Shown here: in pieces, positions 13,693 through 23,725 of the stretch
How positions within the stretch are numbered: position 1 is the first letter of the stretch
How the letters are laid out: every line of letters starts with the position of its first letter
Assembly (NCBI GenBank): GCA_963692945.1
Contig: OY843585.1
Location: 1,230,001-1,262,000 of the forward strand
DNA: 32,000 bases
From: Bdellovibrionales bacterium
Lineage (GTDB): Bacteria; Bdellovibrionota; Bdellovibrionia; Bdellovibrionales; UBA1609
Direction: 5' to 3'
The notes under the pieces: generated by a model
What the model saw: only the letters and a program-made list of their open reading frames with translations
Databases searched by the model: none
What the model was told of the DNA's origin: nothing
Translations under genes and position numbers: made by a program

Positions 13693-16434
13693 ATGAGTTC
13701 AGATATTTTTAGGCCAGAAGACCAGATTCAAAGGCCTAACTTAGAGTACTCCGAAGAACTCTATCAACTTTTCTTAGAAGACCCACAAAAAGTTGAAGAT
13801 TCTTGGAGATGGTTTTTCCAAGGCATGAATGCTGTCAAAACTTCTCAATTCAGCCAAACAGAAGATATACAAACAGAACTCAAAGTTTTTCAACTGATTC
13901 GTGCCTATAGAGACCATGGAAGTTTAAAAGCTAAACTTGACCCTTTAGAAATAGACAAAGATAACGGATTTCCAACATTGGAAGACTTTCAACTCAGCAA
14001 GAAAGATCTAGACAAAAAATTCTCTGTGATAAAATATCTCTTCAATAAAGATCAAACCTTAAAACAAGTATTAGATTTTTTAGAAAAAACTTACTGCCAT
14101 AGTTTGACTCTTCAAGTTGGTGGTTGCCATCCCAACATTCGTCAATGGTTTTTTAACGAATTTGAAATTAAAAAATTCCAACTCAATAAAAAAGAAAAAC
14201 AAAATGCTTTTTCCCATCTTATTGCTGCCGAAAATTTAGAAAGATTCCTACAATTTAATTTTTTAGGGAAAAAACGATTTTCTCTGGAAGGTTTAGATGT
14301 CCTAATCCCTATCCTAGAGTATCTCCTGGAAAAAGGAACAAACTTAGAAATGAAAAACCTTATTCTAGGTATGACACACAGAGGTCGAATCAATGTTCTT
14401 ATCAATTTCATGAAAAAAAATCCAAAACTTATTTTTTCAGAATTTGAAGACAACCCAAACCATCTTCTTTTTAGTGAACTCCGTTTTACAGGAGATGTAA
14501 AATATCATCTAGGGTTTTCTTCTCTAAGAGAAACCTCCCATGGATCCTGTCACCTTTACTTAGGCTATAACCCGAGTCATTTAGAAAGTGTTAATCCTGT
14601 GATTTGTGGAATAACAAGAGCCGTTCAAAGAAGAAATAAAGACACCGCTGAAAGAAAAACAGCCGTTCCTGTTCTCATCCATGGTGATGCCGCTTTTTGT
14701 GGGCAAGGTTCTACAAGTGAAACTTTGCAACTTTCTCAACTTAAGGGTTACACTGTTGGTGGTTCTATCCATATTATTTTAAACAATCAAGTGGGTTTTA
14801 CAACTACACCAAAAGATAGTCGCTCTACTCTTTTTGCTTCCGATTTATCAAAATCTATCAAAGCCCCTGTCCTCATTGTCAATGCCGATGATGTCCCATC
14901 TTGTCTCCATGCTATAGACATTGCTCTTCGGTTTCGTTATAAATTTGGTCAAGATATTTTTATTGAATTGGTTGGCTATAGAAAATACGGACACAATGAA
15001 GGAGATGAACCTTCTTTCACTCAACCTTCTATGTATAAAAAAATGAAAAATCTTCCAAGCGTTGTTCAAAAATACAAAGAATCTCTTTTACAAGAAGGAA
15101 GTCTTACAAAAGAAGAAGCAACAAAAATTCACAATCAATACAATCATTTTTTAGAAGAAGCTTTAAAAAATCTTCGTGAATCTAAAAACACATTTAAAAT
15201 AAAAGATTTTATAGGAACCCAAGTTTTTTCCCCTCAAGCCTCTTTAGAAAAAACCAATACAACAAAAAAACATCTTACAGAAGTTTTAGAATCTTTTAGC
15301 ACAGAACCTGACTCTATTCATATTCATCCAAAAGTAAAAAAGTTGATTGAAAAGCGTAAAAAATCCATTGAAGAGGATAAACTGGATTGGGCTCTTTGTG
15401 AATTAGCCAGCTATGGAACTTTATTAAAAGATGGATTCTCTATCCGATTGACTGGACAAGATATTAAAAGAGGCACTTTTTCCCATCGTCATGCCATTTA
15501 TTATGACTATGAAACAGAAGAGGAATTTTCTCCTCTTAAACAACTCAATAAAAATCAAGAGTGTTGTTTATACAACTCTCCTCTTTCTGAAATGGCTGCC
15601 CTTGCTTTTGAGTATGGAAACTCTTGTTTAGCTCCAGACTTCTTGACTCTATGGGAAGCCCAGTTCGGGGATTTTGCAAATGGAGCTCAAATCATTATTG
15701 ATCAATTCATTGCTTCAGGAGAAATGAAATGGCTTCAACAAACAGATATAACTCTTTTACTTCCTCACGGTTACGAAGGACAAGGCCCTGAACATTCAAG
15801 TGCCTACCTAGAAAGATTTTTACAACTTTGTGCACAAGATAATATGAGAGTGTGCAACTTAAGCACACCAGCCAATCTTTTTCATGCTTTGAGACGACAA
15901 AAGATGTTGCTTAAAAATAAAAAACCACTGATTATCATGACCCCAAAATCTCTCTTAAGACACCCAGATGTTATATCCTCTAAAAAAGATCTCATTGAAG
16001 GTCAATTTGAAGAAGTGATTTGGGATAAAGAGATAAAAGATCAAAGAGATATACAAACTTTGATTCTATGTAGTGGAAAAGTTTTTTATGACCTTAAATC
16101 TCATCTTGCTCAACAGCAATCCTTTCAAAAACGAAATCAATTTGCTATTTTCCGTATTGAACAACTCTACCCTTTTCCTGACATTCAACTCAATCCTATT
16201 TTAAATGGATTTCAAAATTTAAAAAAGATAGTCTGGCTTCAAGAAGAAACTAAAAATCGTGGAGCTTGGACATATATCAAGGCCAAACTAGAATTTTTAC
16301 TCAAAGCCATAGGTCAAAATATAGAAATTCAATACATAGGACGAAAAGAAGGGGCTGCGTCTGCTGAAGGATCCGAAAGACTACATAAAAAAGAACAAGA
16401 AAAGATAATGAAAAATTGTCTCTCAGCCATTTAA
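13693..16434 (+). CDS. sucA: 2-oxoglutarate dehydrogenase E1 component
   Basis: 913 aa. Typical E1o segments GMTHRGRINVL, IHGDAAFCGQG, NNQVGFTT, GYRKYGHNEGDEPSFTQP, WEAQFGDFANGAQ and LLPHGYEGQGPEHSS. Confidence 0.95.
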   Translation: MSSDIFRPEDQIQRPNLEYSEELYQLFLEDPQKVEDSWRWFFQGMNAVKTSQFSQTEDIQTELKVFQLIRAYRDHGSLKAKLDPLEIDKDNGFPTLEDFQLSKKDLDKKFSVIKYLFNKDQTLKQVLDFLEKTYCHSLTLQVGGCHPNIRQWFFNEFEIKKFQLNKKEKQNAFSHLIAAENLERFLQFNFLGKKRFSLEGLDVLIPILEYLLEKGTNLEMKNLILGMTHRGRINVLINFMKKNPKLIFSEFEDNPNHLLFSELRFTGDVKYHLGFSSLRETSHGSCHLYLGYNPSHLESVNPVICGITRAVQRRNKDTAERKTAVPVLIHGDAAFCGQGSTSETLQLSQLKGYTVGGSIHIILNNQVGFTTTPKDSRSTLFASDLSKSIKAPVLIVNADDVPSCLHAIDIALRFRYKFGQDIFIELVGYRKYGHNEGDEPSFTQPSMYKKMKNLPSVVQKYKESLLQEGSLTKEEATKIHNQYNHFLEEALKNLRESKNTFKIKDFIGTQVFSPQASLEKTNTTKKHLTEVLESFSTEPDSIHIHPKVKKLIEKRKKSIEEDKLDWALCELASYGTLLKDGFSIRLTGQDIKRGTFSHRHAIYYDYETEEEFSPLKQLNKNQECCLYNSPLSEMAALAFEYGNSCLAPDFLTLWEAQFGDFANGAQIIIDQFIASGEMKWLQQTDITLLLPHGYEGQGPEHSSAYLERFLQLCAQDNMRVCNLSTPANLFHALRRQKMLLKNKKPLIIMTPKSLLRHPDVISSKKDLIEGQFEEVIWDKEIKDQRDIQTLILCSGKVFYDLKSHLAQQQSFQKRNQFAIFRIEQLYPFPDIQLNPILNGFQNLKKIVWLQEETKNRGAWTYIKAKLEFLLKAIGQNIEIQYIGRKEGAASAEGSERLHKKEQEKIMKNCLSAI

Positions 16435-16450
16435 GTATTAAGGTTTATTT

Positions 16451-17725
16451 ATGAAGTTAGAAATTAAAGTTCCCTCTGTTGGAGAATCTGTCACTCAAGC
16501 GGATATTGAAACTTGGGAAAAATCTGACGGAGACTTTGTTCAAAAAGGAGAAACTCTTGTTGTTTTAGGAACTGATAAAGCCTCTATGGAAGTACCAGCC
16601 GAAATGGATGGAGTTCTTAACCTTATCAAACAAAACGGAGAAACTGTTTCAGTAGGAGAAGTGATTGCCACTATAGATACAGATGAAAAAGCCATTGCCA
16701 AAGCACAATCAGCTTCTCAAGTACAAAAAACTCAAAAAGATACAAAAACTTCACAATCACTGGAAAGGATGGATCATTCACAACAAGAATCAAAACATCC
16801 TCCTGAAATGAAATTAAGCCCTTCTGTAAGACATTTAGCAGGAGAACATAATATAGATCCTAAAAATGTCACTACCACTGGAAAGAATGGACGACTCACA
16901 AAAAAAGATATTTTAGAAGCTCTCGCTCACCCTGAATCCTCTAAAGAAACGGAAGTTTTACAAACGGAAGTTTTACAAACGAAAGTTTTACAAACGGAAG
17001 TTTTACAAACGGTAACATCTGTCAAAAAAGGACAACAAAGAGAGGCTATGAGTAGATTACGTAAAAGAACAGCAGAGCGATTGGTTCAATCTCAACAAGC
17101 CACAGCAACTCTAAGTACTTTTAATGAAGTGGATATGTCTCGCATTATGGAATTGAGAAAGAACTATCAAGATACTTTTGTAAAAAGATATGGAATCAAA
17201 CTTGGTTTCATGAGTTTTTTTGTAAAAGCCATTGTGTCAGCTCTTAAACAGTATCCCAAAATGAATGCCTTTATTGACGGAACAGATATCATCTATAACA
17301 ACTCTTACAATATAGGCGTTGCTGTAGGAACAGAAAGAGGTTTGGTTGTTCCTGTTATTTTTAATAGTGAAGATTTAAGTTTAGCAGCTATTGAAAAACA
17401 AATTCTTATTTACAAAGAAAAAGCGATTTCTAAAAAATTAACACCTGACGATCTCCTAGGTGGGACTTTCACTATCAGCAACGGAGGAGTCTTTGGTTCT
17501 TTACTCTCCACACCGATTTTGAACCCTCCACAAAGTGGGATTTTAGGAATGCATAAAATAGAACAAAGACCTGTTGTGATTGACAATAAAATAGAAATAA
17601 GACCTCTCATGTATGTTGCTCTTTCTTATGACCATCGTATTGTGGACGGAAGAGAGTCCGTTGGATTTTTAGTCAAAGTCAAAGAAGGTCTGGAAGAGCC
17701 TGCTCGTTTACTGATAGATATTTAG
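16451..17725 (+). CDS. sucB: Dihydrolipoyllysine-residue succinyltransferase (E2o)
   Basis: Lipoyl domain with [11 protein letters not shown], subunit-binding domain [29 protein letters not shown], and catalytic domain ending [13 protein letters not shown]. Confidence 0.95.
   Translation: MKLEIKVPSVGESVTQADIETWEKSDGDFVQKGETLVVLGTDKASMEVPAEMDGVLNLIKQNGETVSVGEVIATIDTDEKAIAKAQSASQVQKTQKDTKTSQSLERMDHSQQESKHPPEMKLSPSVRHLAGEHNIDPKNVTTTGKNGRLTKKDILEALAHPESSKETEVLQTEVLQTKVLQTEVLQTVTSVKKGQQREAMSRLRKRTAERLVQSQQATATLSTFNEVDMSRIMELRKNYQDTFVKRYGIKLGFMSFFVKAIVSALKQYPKMNAFIDGTDIIYNNSYNIGVAVGTERGLVVPVIFNSEDLSLAAIEKQILIYKEKAISKKLTPDDLLGGTFTISNGGVFGSLLSTPILNPPQSGILGMHKIEQRPVVIDNKIEIRPLMYVALSYDHRIVDGRESVGFLVKVKEGLEEPARLLIDI
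16949..17012 (+). repeat. 15-bp in-frame tandem repeat (4 copies plus a partial) in the sucB inter-domain linker
   Basis: acggaagttttacaa x4, with one a/g variant in copy 3. Encodes [21 protein letters not shown]. Confidence 0.9.
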
Positions 17726-17736
17726 GAGATATAAAA

Positions 17737-19134
17737 ATGCAAGAATTTGATTTAGTTGTTATAGGTTCAGGTCCCGGTGGATATGTAGGAGCTATAAGGG
17801 CTGCTCAGTTGGGCCTTAAAACAGCTGTCGTTGAAAAGTCAAAAACACTGGGTGGAACTTGTCTCAATGTAGGATGCATTCCTTCAAAAGCTCTTTTAGA
17901 GTCGAGTGAACATTATGAGTTTCTAAAAAAAGAAGTGAATCAACACGGCATCTCTGTAAAAAAACCCTCTCTCCATTTAGACACTATGATGAAAAGAAAA
18001 CAAAGCATTGTTTCTGACCTCACTCGTGGTATTGAGTTTTTATTCAAAAAAAATAAAATCACAAGACTAGAAGGTTTTGGGAAATTAAAATCCAATACCG
18101 AAGTGGAAGTGACTTCGGGTAAAAAAACAGAAATTGTTAAAGCAAAATACATTGTTCTTTCTACAGGAAGCCTACCTATTGAACTTCCTTTTGCAAAATG
18201 GAATCAAAAAACAATTGTATCCTCCACAGAAGCTTTAAGTTTTGACAAGGTTCCCAAAAAATTGATTGTGATTGGTGGTGGTTATATAGGTTTGGAATTA
18301 GGTTCTGTTTGGGGTCGGCTTGGAAGTGAAGTTACTGTTATAGAATATGCTTCCTCTATTTGTCCTGGAATGGATAAAGATGTAAGAGAGCAGTTATTTA
18401 AAATTTTAGGGAAACAAGGAATAAATTTTAAATTGGAATCTAAAGTGATAAAAGTAGAATCCAAAAAAGACAGTGCCGATGTGACTTTTACAAATACTAA
18501 AGGCAAAACAGAAACTTTAAACGGTGACAAAGTTCTAGTTTGTGTTGGAAGAAAACCTTTTACAGAAAATCTAGGTTTAGAAAATCTTAATATTCAAACA
18601 AACTCTAAAGGACAAATAGAAGTGAATATCCATTTTCAAACTTCTCAAAAAAATATTTTTGCGATTGGAGATGTCATTAGAGGGGCTATGTTGGCTCATA
18701 AAGCTGAAGAAGAAGGAGTGGCTGTAGCAGAATTTATTGTGAAAGGTTTTGGGCATGTCAATTACGAGACCGTCCCAAGCGTTATTTACACTTGGCCAGA
18801 GGTGGCCAGTGTCGGTCAAACAGAAGAAACTTTAAAACAAGAAAATACTCCCTACAATGTAGGAACCTTTCCCTTTCTTGCTAATGGAAGAGCAAGAGCT
18901 TTAGGTTCTACAGAAGGATTTGTAAAAATTTTAGCTCATAAAAAAAGTGATAAAATTTTAGGAGTTCATATTATAGGAGCTCGTGCAGGAGATTTAATCT
19001 CTGAAGCTGTTGTCGCTATGGAATTTGAAGGCAACAGTGAAGACCTTGCTAGAAGTTTTCATGCCCATCCTACTCTTTCCGAAGCTCTAAGAGAGGCAGC
19101 TCTCGGAGTGCATAAAAGAACTCGCCAAATGTAA
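17737..19134 (+). CDS. lpdA: Dihydrolipoyl dehydrogenase (E3)
   Basis: FAD-binding GSGPGGY, redox-active disulfide GGTCLNVGCIPSK, NAD-binding GGGYIGLELG, and C-terminal HAHPTLSE. Confidence 0.95.
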   Translation: MQEFDLVVIGSGPGGYVGAIRAAQLGLKTAVVEKSKTLGGTCLNVGCIPSKALLESSEHYEFLKKEVNQHGISVKKPSLHLDTMMKRKQSIVSDLTRGIEFLFKKNKITRLEGFGKLKSNTEVEVTSGKKTEIVKAKYIVLSTGSLPIELPFAKWNQKTIVSSTEALSFDKVPKKLIVIGGGYIGLELGSVWGRLGSEVTVIEYASSICPGMDKDVREQLFKILGKQGINFKLESKVIKVESKKDSADVTFTNTKGKTETLNGDKVLVCVGRKPFTENLGLENLNIQTNSKGQIEVNIHFQTSQKNIFAIGDVIRGAMLAHKAEEEGVAVAEFIVKGFGHVNYETVPSVIYTWPEVASVGQTEETLKQENTPYNVGTFPFLANGRARALGSTEGFVKILAHKKSDKILGVHIIGARAGDLISEAVVAMEFEGNSEDLARSFHAHPTLSEALREAALGVHKRTRQM

Positions 19135-19982
19135 TGTTTAATAAAAAGAAGTTCAAAAAATATAGTTTTTTTACACTTGTTTTTACAATTTTAACGATCT
19201 TATGGGGAGCATGGGTTCGCATTTCTGTTTCAGGAGATGGTTGTGGCAATCATTGGCCTCTTTGCAAACAATCTTTTTTACCAGATGACTCTTTTGCATT
19301 GATTGAATGGTTACACCGTTTAACATCGGGTTTATGTCTTTTATTTATTCTAGTTTTATGGATTTTATCTTTTAAAATTTATCCTAAAAAACATCTTCTT
19401 AGAAAGTTATCTTCTCTCTCTTTTTTATTGATACTTATAGAAGCTTTAATCGGTGCTGTGTTAGTCTTGGGCAATCTAGTGGGTTTAAACGAATCTTACT
19501 TTAGAGTTTCTGTATTAGCTTTTCACCTTATCAACAGTTTGATTCTAGTGGCTTCTCTCACTCTTTGTTGGCAAGCTTCTTTGTGGGATAAAATAAAAGT
19601 TAAAACTCCTCCATTTTATTTTTTATTAGCCTTCCCTATTTTAGCCCTTACAGGAAATATAGCTTCTCTAGCTGGAGTTCTTTTCCCAACTGAATCTTTA
19701 AGCCAAGCTCTGGCTTTAGATTTCTTACCAACGGCTCATATCACTTTGAAACTCAGACCACTTCATCCTCTATTTGCAACACTCTTCCTCATTATTTTAG
19801 GAGTTTTCACTTTTTCTGAAAAAACACTAAAGTCTATAGCCATCTTTACCTTGTTTGCTTTTCTTTTTGGTTTTGCAACCCTTGTAAGCCTTTCACCTCT
19901 ATGGATGAAACTTTCCCACTTGCTTATTGCTTACATTTTATGGATTAGTTTAGTTCGCATCTCTTTTGAAAAAAACTATTGA
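19134..19982 (+). CDS. ctaA: Heme A synthase (CtaA/COX15 family)
   Basis: Polytopic membrane protein. The N-terminal WGAWVRISVSGDGCGNHWPLC matches the conserved V-R-x-x-x-SG-x-GC-x-x-WP-x-C segment. HRLTSG is also present. The start overlaps the lpd stop (TAATG). Confidence 0.7.
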   Translation: MFNKKKFKKYSFFTLVFTILTILWGAWVRISVSGDGCGNHWPLCKQSFLPDDSFALIEWLHRLTSGLCLLFILVLWILSFKIYPKKHLLRKLSSLSFLLILIEALIGAVLVLGNLVGLNESYFRVSVLAFHLINSLILVASLTLCWQASLWDKIKVKTPPFYFLLAFPILALTGNIASLAGVLFPTESLSQALALDFLPTAHITLKLRPLHPLFATLFLIILGVFTFSEKTLKSIAIFTLFAFLFGFATLVSLSPLWMKLSHLLIAYILWISLVRISFEKNY

Positions 19983-19989
19983 GAAATAA

Positions 19990-21369
19990 TTAAAGATCAA
20001 AAATCTTTCCAGGATTTAAAATATGAAACGGATCAAAAACTTTTTTGAGACTTTTCATAACCTCTATTTCCTCTTTGGAACATGAGTAAGACAAATAAGA
20101 TTTCTTTAAAAGCCCCACCCCATGTTCAGCAGAAATAGTTCCTTTAAATTCTTTCACAAGTGAAAATAAAATATCATTCACTTTTTCACACTGCTGAATA
20201 AAATCTTCCTTGCTCCAATTTTCAGGTTTTAAAATATTGATATGAAGATTTCCATCTCCAAAATGACCAAACCAAATGACTTCAAAATCAGGGTAATGCT
20301 TTTCCAAAACCGATTCCATTTCCTCCAAAAAATCAGAAATCTTTGAAATAGGAACACAAATATCATTTTTATAAGGTTGATAAGAAGAAATGGCTTCACT
20401 GATGTTTTCTCTTAAACTCCAAATCTCTTTAGCTTGAATGGAATTTTGGCTTAAAGTTCCATCTTGAATCACTTCTTGTTCAATTGCTTTTTCAAAAATA
20501 GAAAACGCTTTCTCTCTATCTCTCTCTTCAATCTCCATAAGAAGATAAAAAGAAGAACGACTTTCAAGAGGAAAGTTCATAGACTGATGAGATAAAACAT
20601 GATTTAAAGCTTGATCCGAAAAGACTTCAAAAGCCAGAGGATGTAAAACACTTTTAAAATTTTTATAGATCTCTAAAATAGATTTTCTATTTTCAACAGC
20701 AAATAAAAACACTTGAGGGTTAAAAGGTGGAGGAACTAATTTTATAATAACTTTGGTGATAAAAGCCAAAGTCCCTTCGCTTCCTATAAAAAGATTTTTT
20801 AAATCGTAGCCAGCAGCATTCTTAATTAAACCTTTTCCTAAAGTTAAAACTTCACCCTGACCTGTTACAACTTCTAAACCTAAAACCTGTTGTCTCATAG
20901 AACCATAACGAAGGACATGAACTCCACCTACATTAGTGGCTACATTCCCTCCAATTTGACTAGAACCTTGAGAAGCAAAAGAAATAGGAAAATACAAATC
21001 CTTCCCTCTTGCATACTCTTGAAGAGTTTGTGTAACAACACCAGGTTCCACACAAACGGTTTGTTCCCAAGGATTAAAGTCAGAAATCTGATTCATTTTA
21101 TCAAAGGAAACAACCACTTCTTCTTTTAAAGCAGTAGAACCTCCACTCAGACCTGTCCGACCTCCTGAAGGAATCAATGGACATTTATTTTTTTTAGCCC
21201 AATGAACAATTTGAACAACTTCTTCTGTTGTCTTTGGAAATAAAAGCAACCCTGCCTTTCCATTCCATTGCTTTAACCAATCATTCCCATAAATAGATAA
21301 AAGCTCATTATCTTGTTTGATTTGATCAGGTTTTAAAAAACTTTTTAAGTTAGAAACATCTAAAGGCAA
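19990..21369 (-). CDS. FAD-linked oxidase, GlcD / D-lactate / D-2-hydroxyacid dehydrogenase family
   Basis: 459 aa. PCMH-type FAD-binding N-terminal half (PSGGRTGLSGGS, GGNVATNVGG) and a C-terminal FAD-oxidase domain (SAEHGVGLLK, LNPGKIF). Substrate cannot be read from the sequence. Confidence 0.8.
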   Translation of the reverse strand: MPLDVSNLKSFLKPDQIKQDNELLSIYGNDWLKQWNGKAGLLLFPKTTEEVVQIVHWAKKNKCPLIPSGGRTGLSGGSTALKEEVVVSFDKMNQISDFNPWEQTVCVEPGVVTQTLQEYARGKDLYFPISFASQGSSQIGGNVATNVGGVHVLRYGSMRQQVLGLEVVTGQGEVLTLGKGLIKNAAGYDLKNLFIGSEGTLAFITKVIIKLVPPPFNPQVFLFAVENRKSILEIYKNFKSVLHPLAFEVFSDQALNHVLSHQSMNFPLESRSSFYLLMEIEERDREKAFSIFEKAIEQEVIQDGTLSQNSIQAKEIWSLRENISEAISSYQPYKNDICVPISKISDFLEEMESVLEKHYPDFEVIWFGHFGDGNLHINILKPENWSKEDFIQQCEKVNDILFSLVKEFKGTISAEHGVGLLKKSYLSYSCSKEEIEVMKSLKKVFDPFHILNPGKIFDL

Positions 21370-21402
21370 AACACAAAACTTTTTTAATAAAAATTTTTTC
21401 TA

Positions 21403-21834
21403 TTAAAACGGAAGCTCTTCTTCAGGGCTAGATACATTTTCATTAGAACCAAAAGCAGGTTCATTTTTATAACTCATATCCCCAGATTTCTTTTCCTGAT
21501 TGCTATTAGCACTTAAGAATAACACTTGAGAAGCCACTATTTCTGTAGTGTAACGCTTTTGTCCTTTATCATCTTCCCAAGAACGAGTTTGCAAACGACC
21601 TTCAACATAAACTTTTCGGCCTTTTGCTAAATACTCTCCACAAGTTTCTGCTAGTTTTCCCCAAACAACAATACGATGCCATTCTGTATGTTCTTGTTTT
21701 TGGCCCTCACGGTTTGTCCAACTATTACTTGTCGCTATATTGAACAAAGCGATCGTTTGTCCCGAAGCTATTTTTTTTGTTTCAGGATCTCCACCTAGAT
21801 TTCCCACCAATATCACTTTATTTACACCCATCAT
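21403..21834 (-). CDS. ssb: Single-stranded DNA-binding protein
   Basis: OB-fold start [18 protein letters not shown], then [14 protein letters not shown], and an acidic tail ending EEELPF. GGAGG lies 6 nt upstream of the ATG at 21834, so the listed start at 21867 is probably too long. Confidence 0.9.
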   Translation of the reverse strand: MMGVNKVILVGNLGGDPETKKIASGQTIALFNIATSNSWTNREGQKQEHTEWHRIVVWGKLAETCGEYLAKGRKVYVEGRLQTRSWEDDKGQKRYTTEIVASQVLFLSANSNQEKKSGDMSYKNEPAFGSNENVSSPEEELPF

Positions 21835-21858
21835 AAAATACCTCCTCTGGTCTTTATT

Positions 21859-21887
21859 TATATACACTTTTATAGAAGCAAAATCAA
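21859..21887 (-). promoter_or_regulatory. Candidate ssb promoter
   Basis: On the - strand: TTGATT (21887-21882), a 17-nt spacer, then TATATA (21864-21859), about 25 nt upstream of the ssb ATG. AT-rich context, so weak. Confidence 0.3.
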
Positions 21888-21921
21888 AACAGAAATAAAC
21901 TCATTTTAAACAGGTGTTTCC

Positions 21922-22872
21922 TTAAAATTCTGACAGCCGTTTGATATGTGGTGGTTTATGACCCTGTCCAGTGATACGAACCTTATAAAGATATTTATCA
22001 GGCGATTCTTCCTTTACTCCAGACAGCAACAACTCTATCAAGCTCAATCGTAGTTTTTTTGAAACCTCTATTTTCATCTGAAAATCATAAGAACCTAAAC
22101 GAAATTGATTGTAAGCATAAACCAACTCCCCATTTCCCCTTAATTGCAAGTACAATTCATCCGAATCAGAACCCAAAACGAGAGATTCCACAACAATATT
22201 ACCTTCTTTTAGTCTTAAAACAGCCTCTGCCTTAGACCAACTCAGTTTAGGCAATTCTAAAAAGCCCATATTTGTTTCTATTTGAGACTGCAACCAACGG
22301 ATTTGAGAGGCCTTAAGTTTTAAAACCCCCTTAGCCTCTTCTAAATTTTCAACACTCCCCTCATATCGCATCTTAAAAGAAGACTGACCTTCCATTTTTA
22401 TATTAGGCAAGAAATCCCTGATTAGAGAAAAATCCAATAAAGGAGAAGACCCCTCTAAAAACACATAAGAAGTCTTTAAATCTTTAAAAAGTCTTTTTTC
22501 CTGCCAAAAAGTAAAAGCAATAGAAGACTTATCTTTAACCCCTTCTATACTCCAAGCCTTTTTTAAAGCCAACCATTTTGTAATAGCCATTGAAAAGACA
22601 AAAGTATCTAGCGTAATAGGTTCTTTTAAAACAGAGTTATTTAAAGATACTTTATAAAAGGCTACACCAGGTGGCAAAACTTTTAACTTTAACTTTTTAA
22701 ATTTCAAATCAATAGAAAGTTGTTTTTGAGATTGTCTGACTATTTTTTCCAAAGTTTCAGACCAAGGGAATCTAAGTATAAATAGAAAAGAGGTGAGCAT
22801 CAAAAAAAGAAAAAAAACTTTTTTATATTTCCAAAAAGTAGAAAGTAATTGTTTTAATAGTTTATACACCAA
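21922..22872 (-). CDS. gspN: Putative type II secretion protein N (assigned by position)
   Basis: Single N-terminal TM (VFFLFLMLTSFLFIL) and a large periplasmic part. It is the last gene of the gsp block, 12 nt after gspM. Called mainly from synteny. Confidence 0.45.
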   Translation of the reverse strand: MVYKLLKQLLSTFWKYKKVFFLFLMLTSFLFILRFPWSETLEKIVRQSQKQLSIDLKFKKLKLKVLPPGVAFYKVSLNNSVLKEPITLDTFVFSMAITKWLALKKAWSIEGVKDKSSIAFTFWQEKRLFKDLKTSYVFLEGSSPLLDFSLIRDFLPNIKMEGQSSFKMRYEGSVENLEEAKGVLKLKASQIRWLQSQIETNMGFLELPKLSWSKAEAVLRLKEGNIVVESLVLGSDSDELYLQLRGNGELVYAYNQFRLGSYDFQMKIEVSKKLRLSLIELLLSGVKEESPDKYLYKVRITGQGHKPPHIKRLSEF

Positions 22873-22884
22873 TAACCTCTCCCT

Positions 22885-23724
22885 TTATTTTACATCCATT
22901 TCTTTAGTATTTTTAAGTTTTATCGTCTTTGATTTTACATCCTTTAAATCTTTAAGATCTAAAGGTTTTTTATCCAAAAATTTTGAAGGTTTTTTGTCCA
23001 AATCATCCTTGTACGATTTAGACTTTCTCTTTTTTCTAGAGTTCCTATCTTCTTTAAACCTTCTATTTCTTTTAAGGTTTGAAGGCTTCTTCCTTCCTTC
23101 CATCTTTGGCCGAACTCTAGAAGATTCCCTCATTTTCTTTGCTTTAGAAAAATACACGGAAAGTTCAAACGAAACATCATAGTGTTTAGGATACAAATCA
23201 GATTCTTGCATCTGCAAAGAAGACAAATGAGCAGAAAGAATATTATGTAACTCCACACCCATTTGTACAGCTTGACGAATATTGAGATGATTCACTTTCA
23301 CTTCATAAATAACTTTTTTGAGATTCTTTTCTTTAGAAGGAACTGGGTTGTCTTTAATAGAGTAATCTTTTTCTTTATACTTCTTAATAATTCTTACAAC
23401 ATCTTGACGTAATTTGTATTCAGACAGATCTAAAAAGTTAGATTTATAATTTCTCACTCTTAAAAGATCTAAAGATAATTTTCGTTTCTCTTTAAATTCA
23501 GACCAATATTTTGAAGACAAATAAAAATTATAAAAAGGAATAAAAGAAATTAAAAAAACAATAACACTTACAATTCCATATTTTATTATTTTTTGATGAA
23601 ATAAAGAATAAGATTGATACTTCTCTTTCAAAGCATTAAAAGTGTTACTCTCAATGATACGACTTTGAATATGTTCTACATAATACAAAAGTTGTTTTTT
23701 TATTTCTCCTAGTTTTTGAAACAT
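22885..23724 (-). CDS. gspM: Putative type II secretion protein M with a long basic C-terminal tail
   Basis: Bitopic: short cytoplasmic N-terminus, TM (YGIVSVIVFLISFIPFYNFY), then a periplasmic domain. Position after gspL with a 1-nt gap. About 85 C-terminal residues are Lys/Arg-rich low complexity. Confidence 0.5.
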   Translation of the reverse strand: MFQKLGEIKKQLLYYVEHIQSRIIESNTFNALKEKYQSYSLFHQKIIKYGIVSVIVFLISFIPFYNFYLSSKYWSEFKEKRKLSLDLLRVRNYKSNFLDLSEYKLRQDVVRIIKKYKEKDYSIKDNPVPSKEKNLKKVIYEVKVNHLNIRQAVQMGVELHNILSAHLSSLQMQESDLYPKHYDVSFELSVYFSKAKKMRESSRVRPKMEGRKKPSNLKRNRRFKEDRNSRKKRKSKSYKDDLDKKPSKFLDKKPLDLKDLKDVKSKTIKLKNTKEMDVK

Positions 23725-23725
23725 C

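Noticed and set aside
14142-15069. Three antisense ORFs (14142..14453, 14581..14772, 14848..15069) inside sucA
   Set aside because: sucA is unambiguous over this region. The antisense peptides are Arg/Ser/Phe-rich, as expected for the reverse complement of a Lys/Glu-rich gene.
17410-18819. Antisense ORFs inside sucB and lpd (17410..17610, 17940..18152, 18282..18530, 18577..18819)
   Set aside because: They lie opposite strongly conserved E2 and E3 coding sequence, and there are no independent signals.
20890-21129. Antisense ORF inside the GlcD-like gene
   Set aside because: It lies opposite the FAD-binding domain coding region and is a chance open frame.
22793-23182. 129-aa + strand ORF overlapping the gspN start and gspM end
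   Set aside because: It is the reverse-complement reading of the Lys/Arg-rich gspM tail (giving Phe/Leu/Ser-rich low complexity). It would break an otherwise coupled operon.
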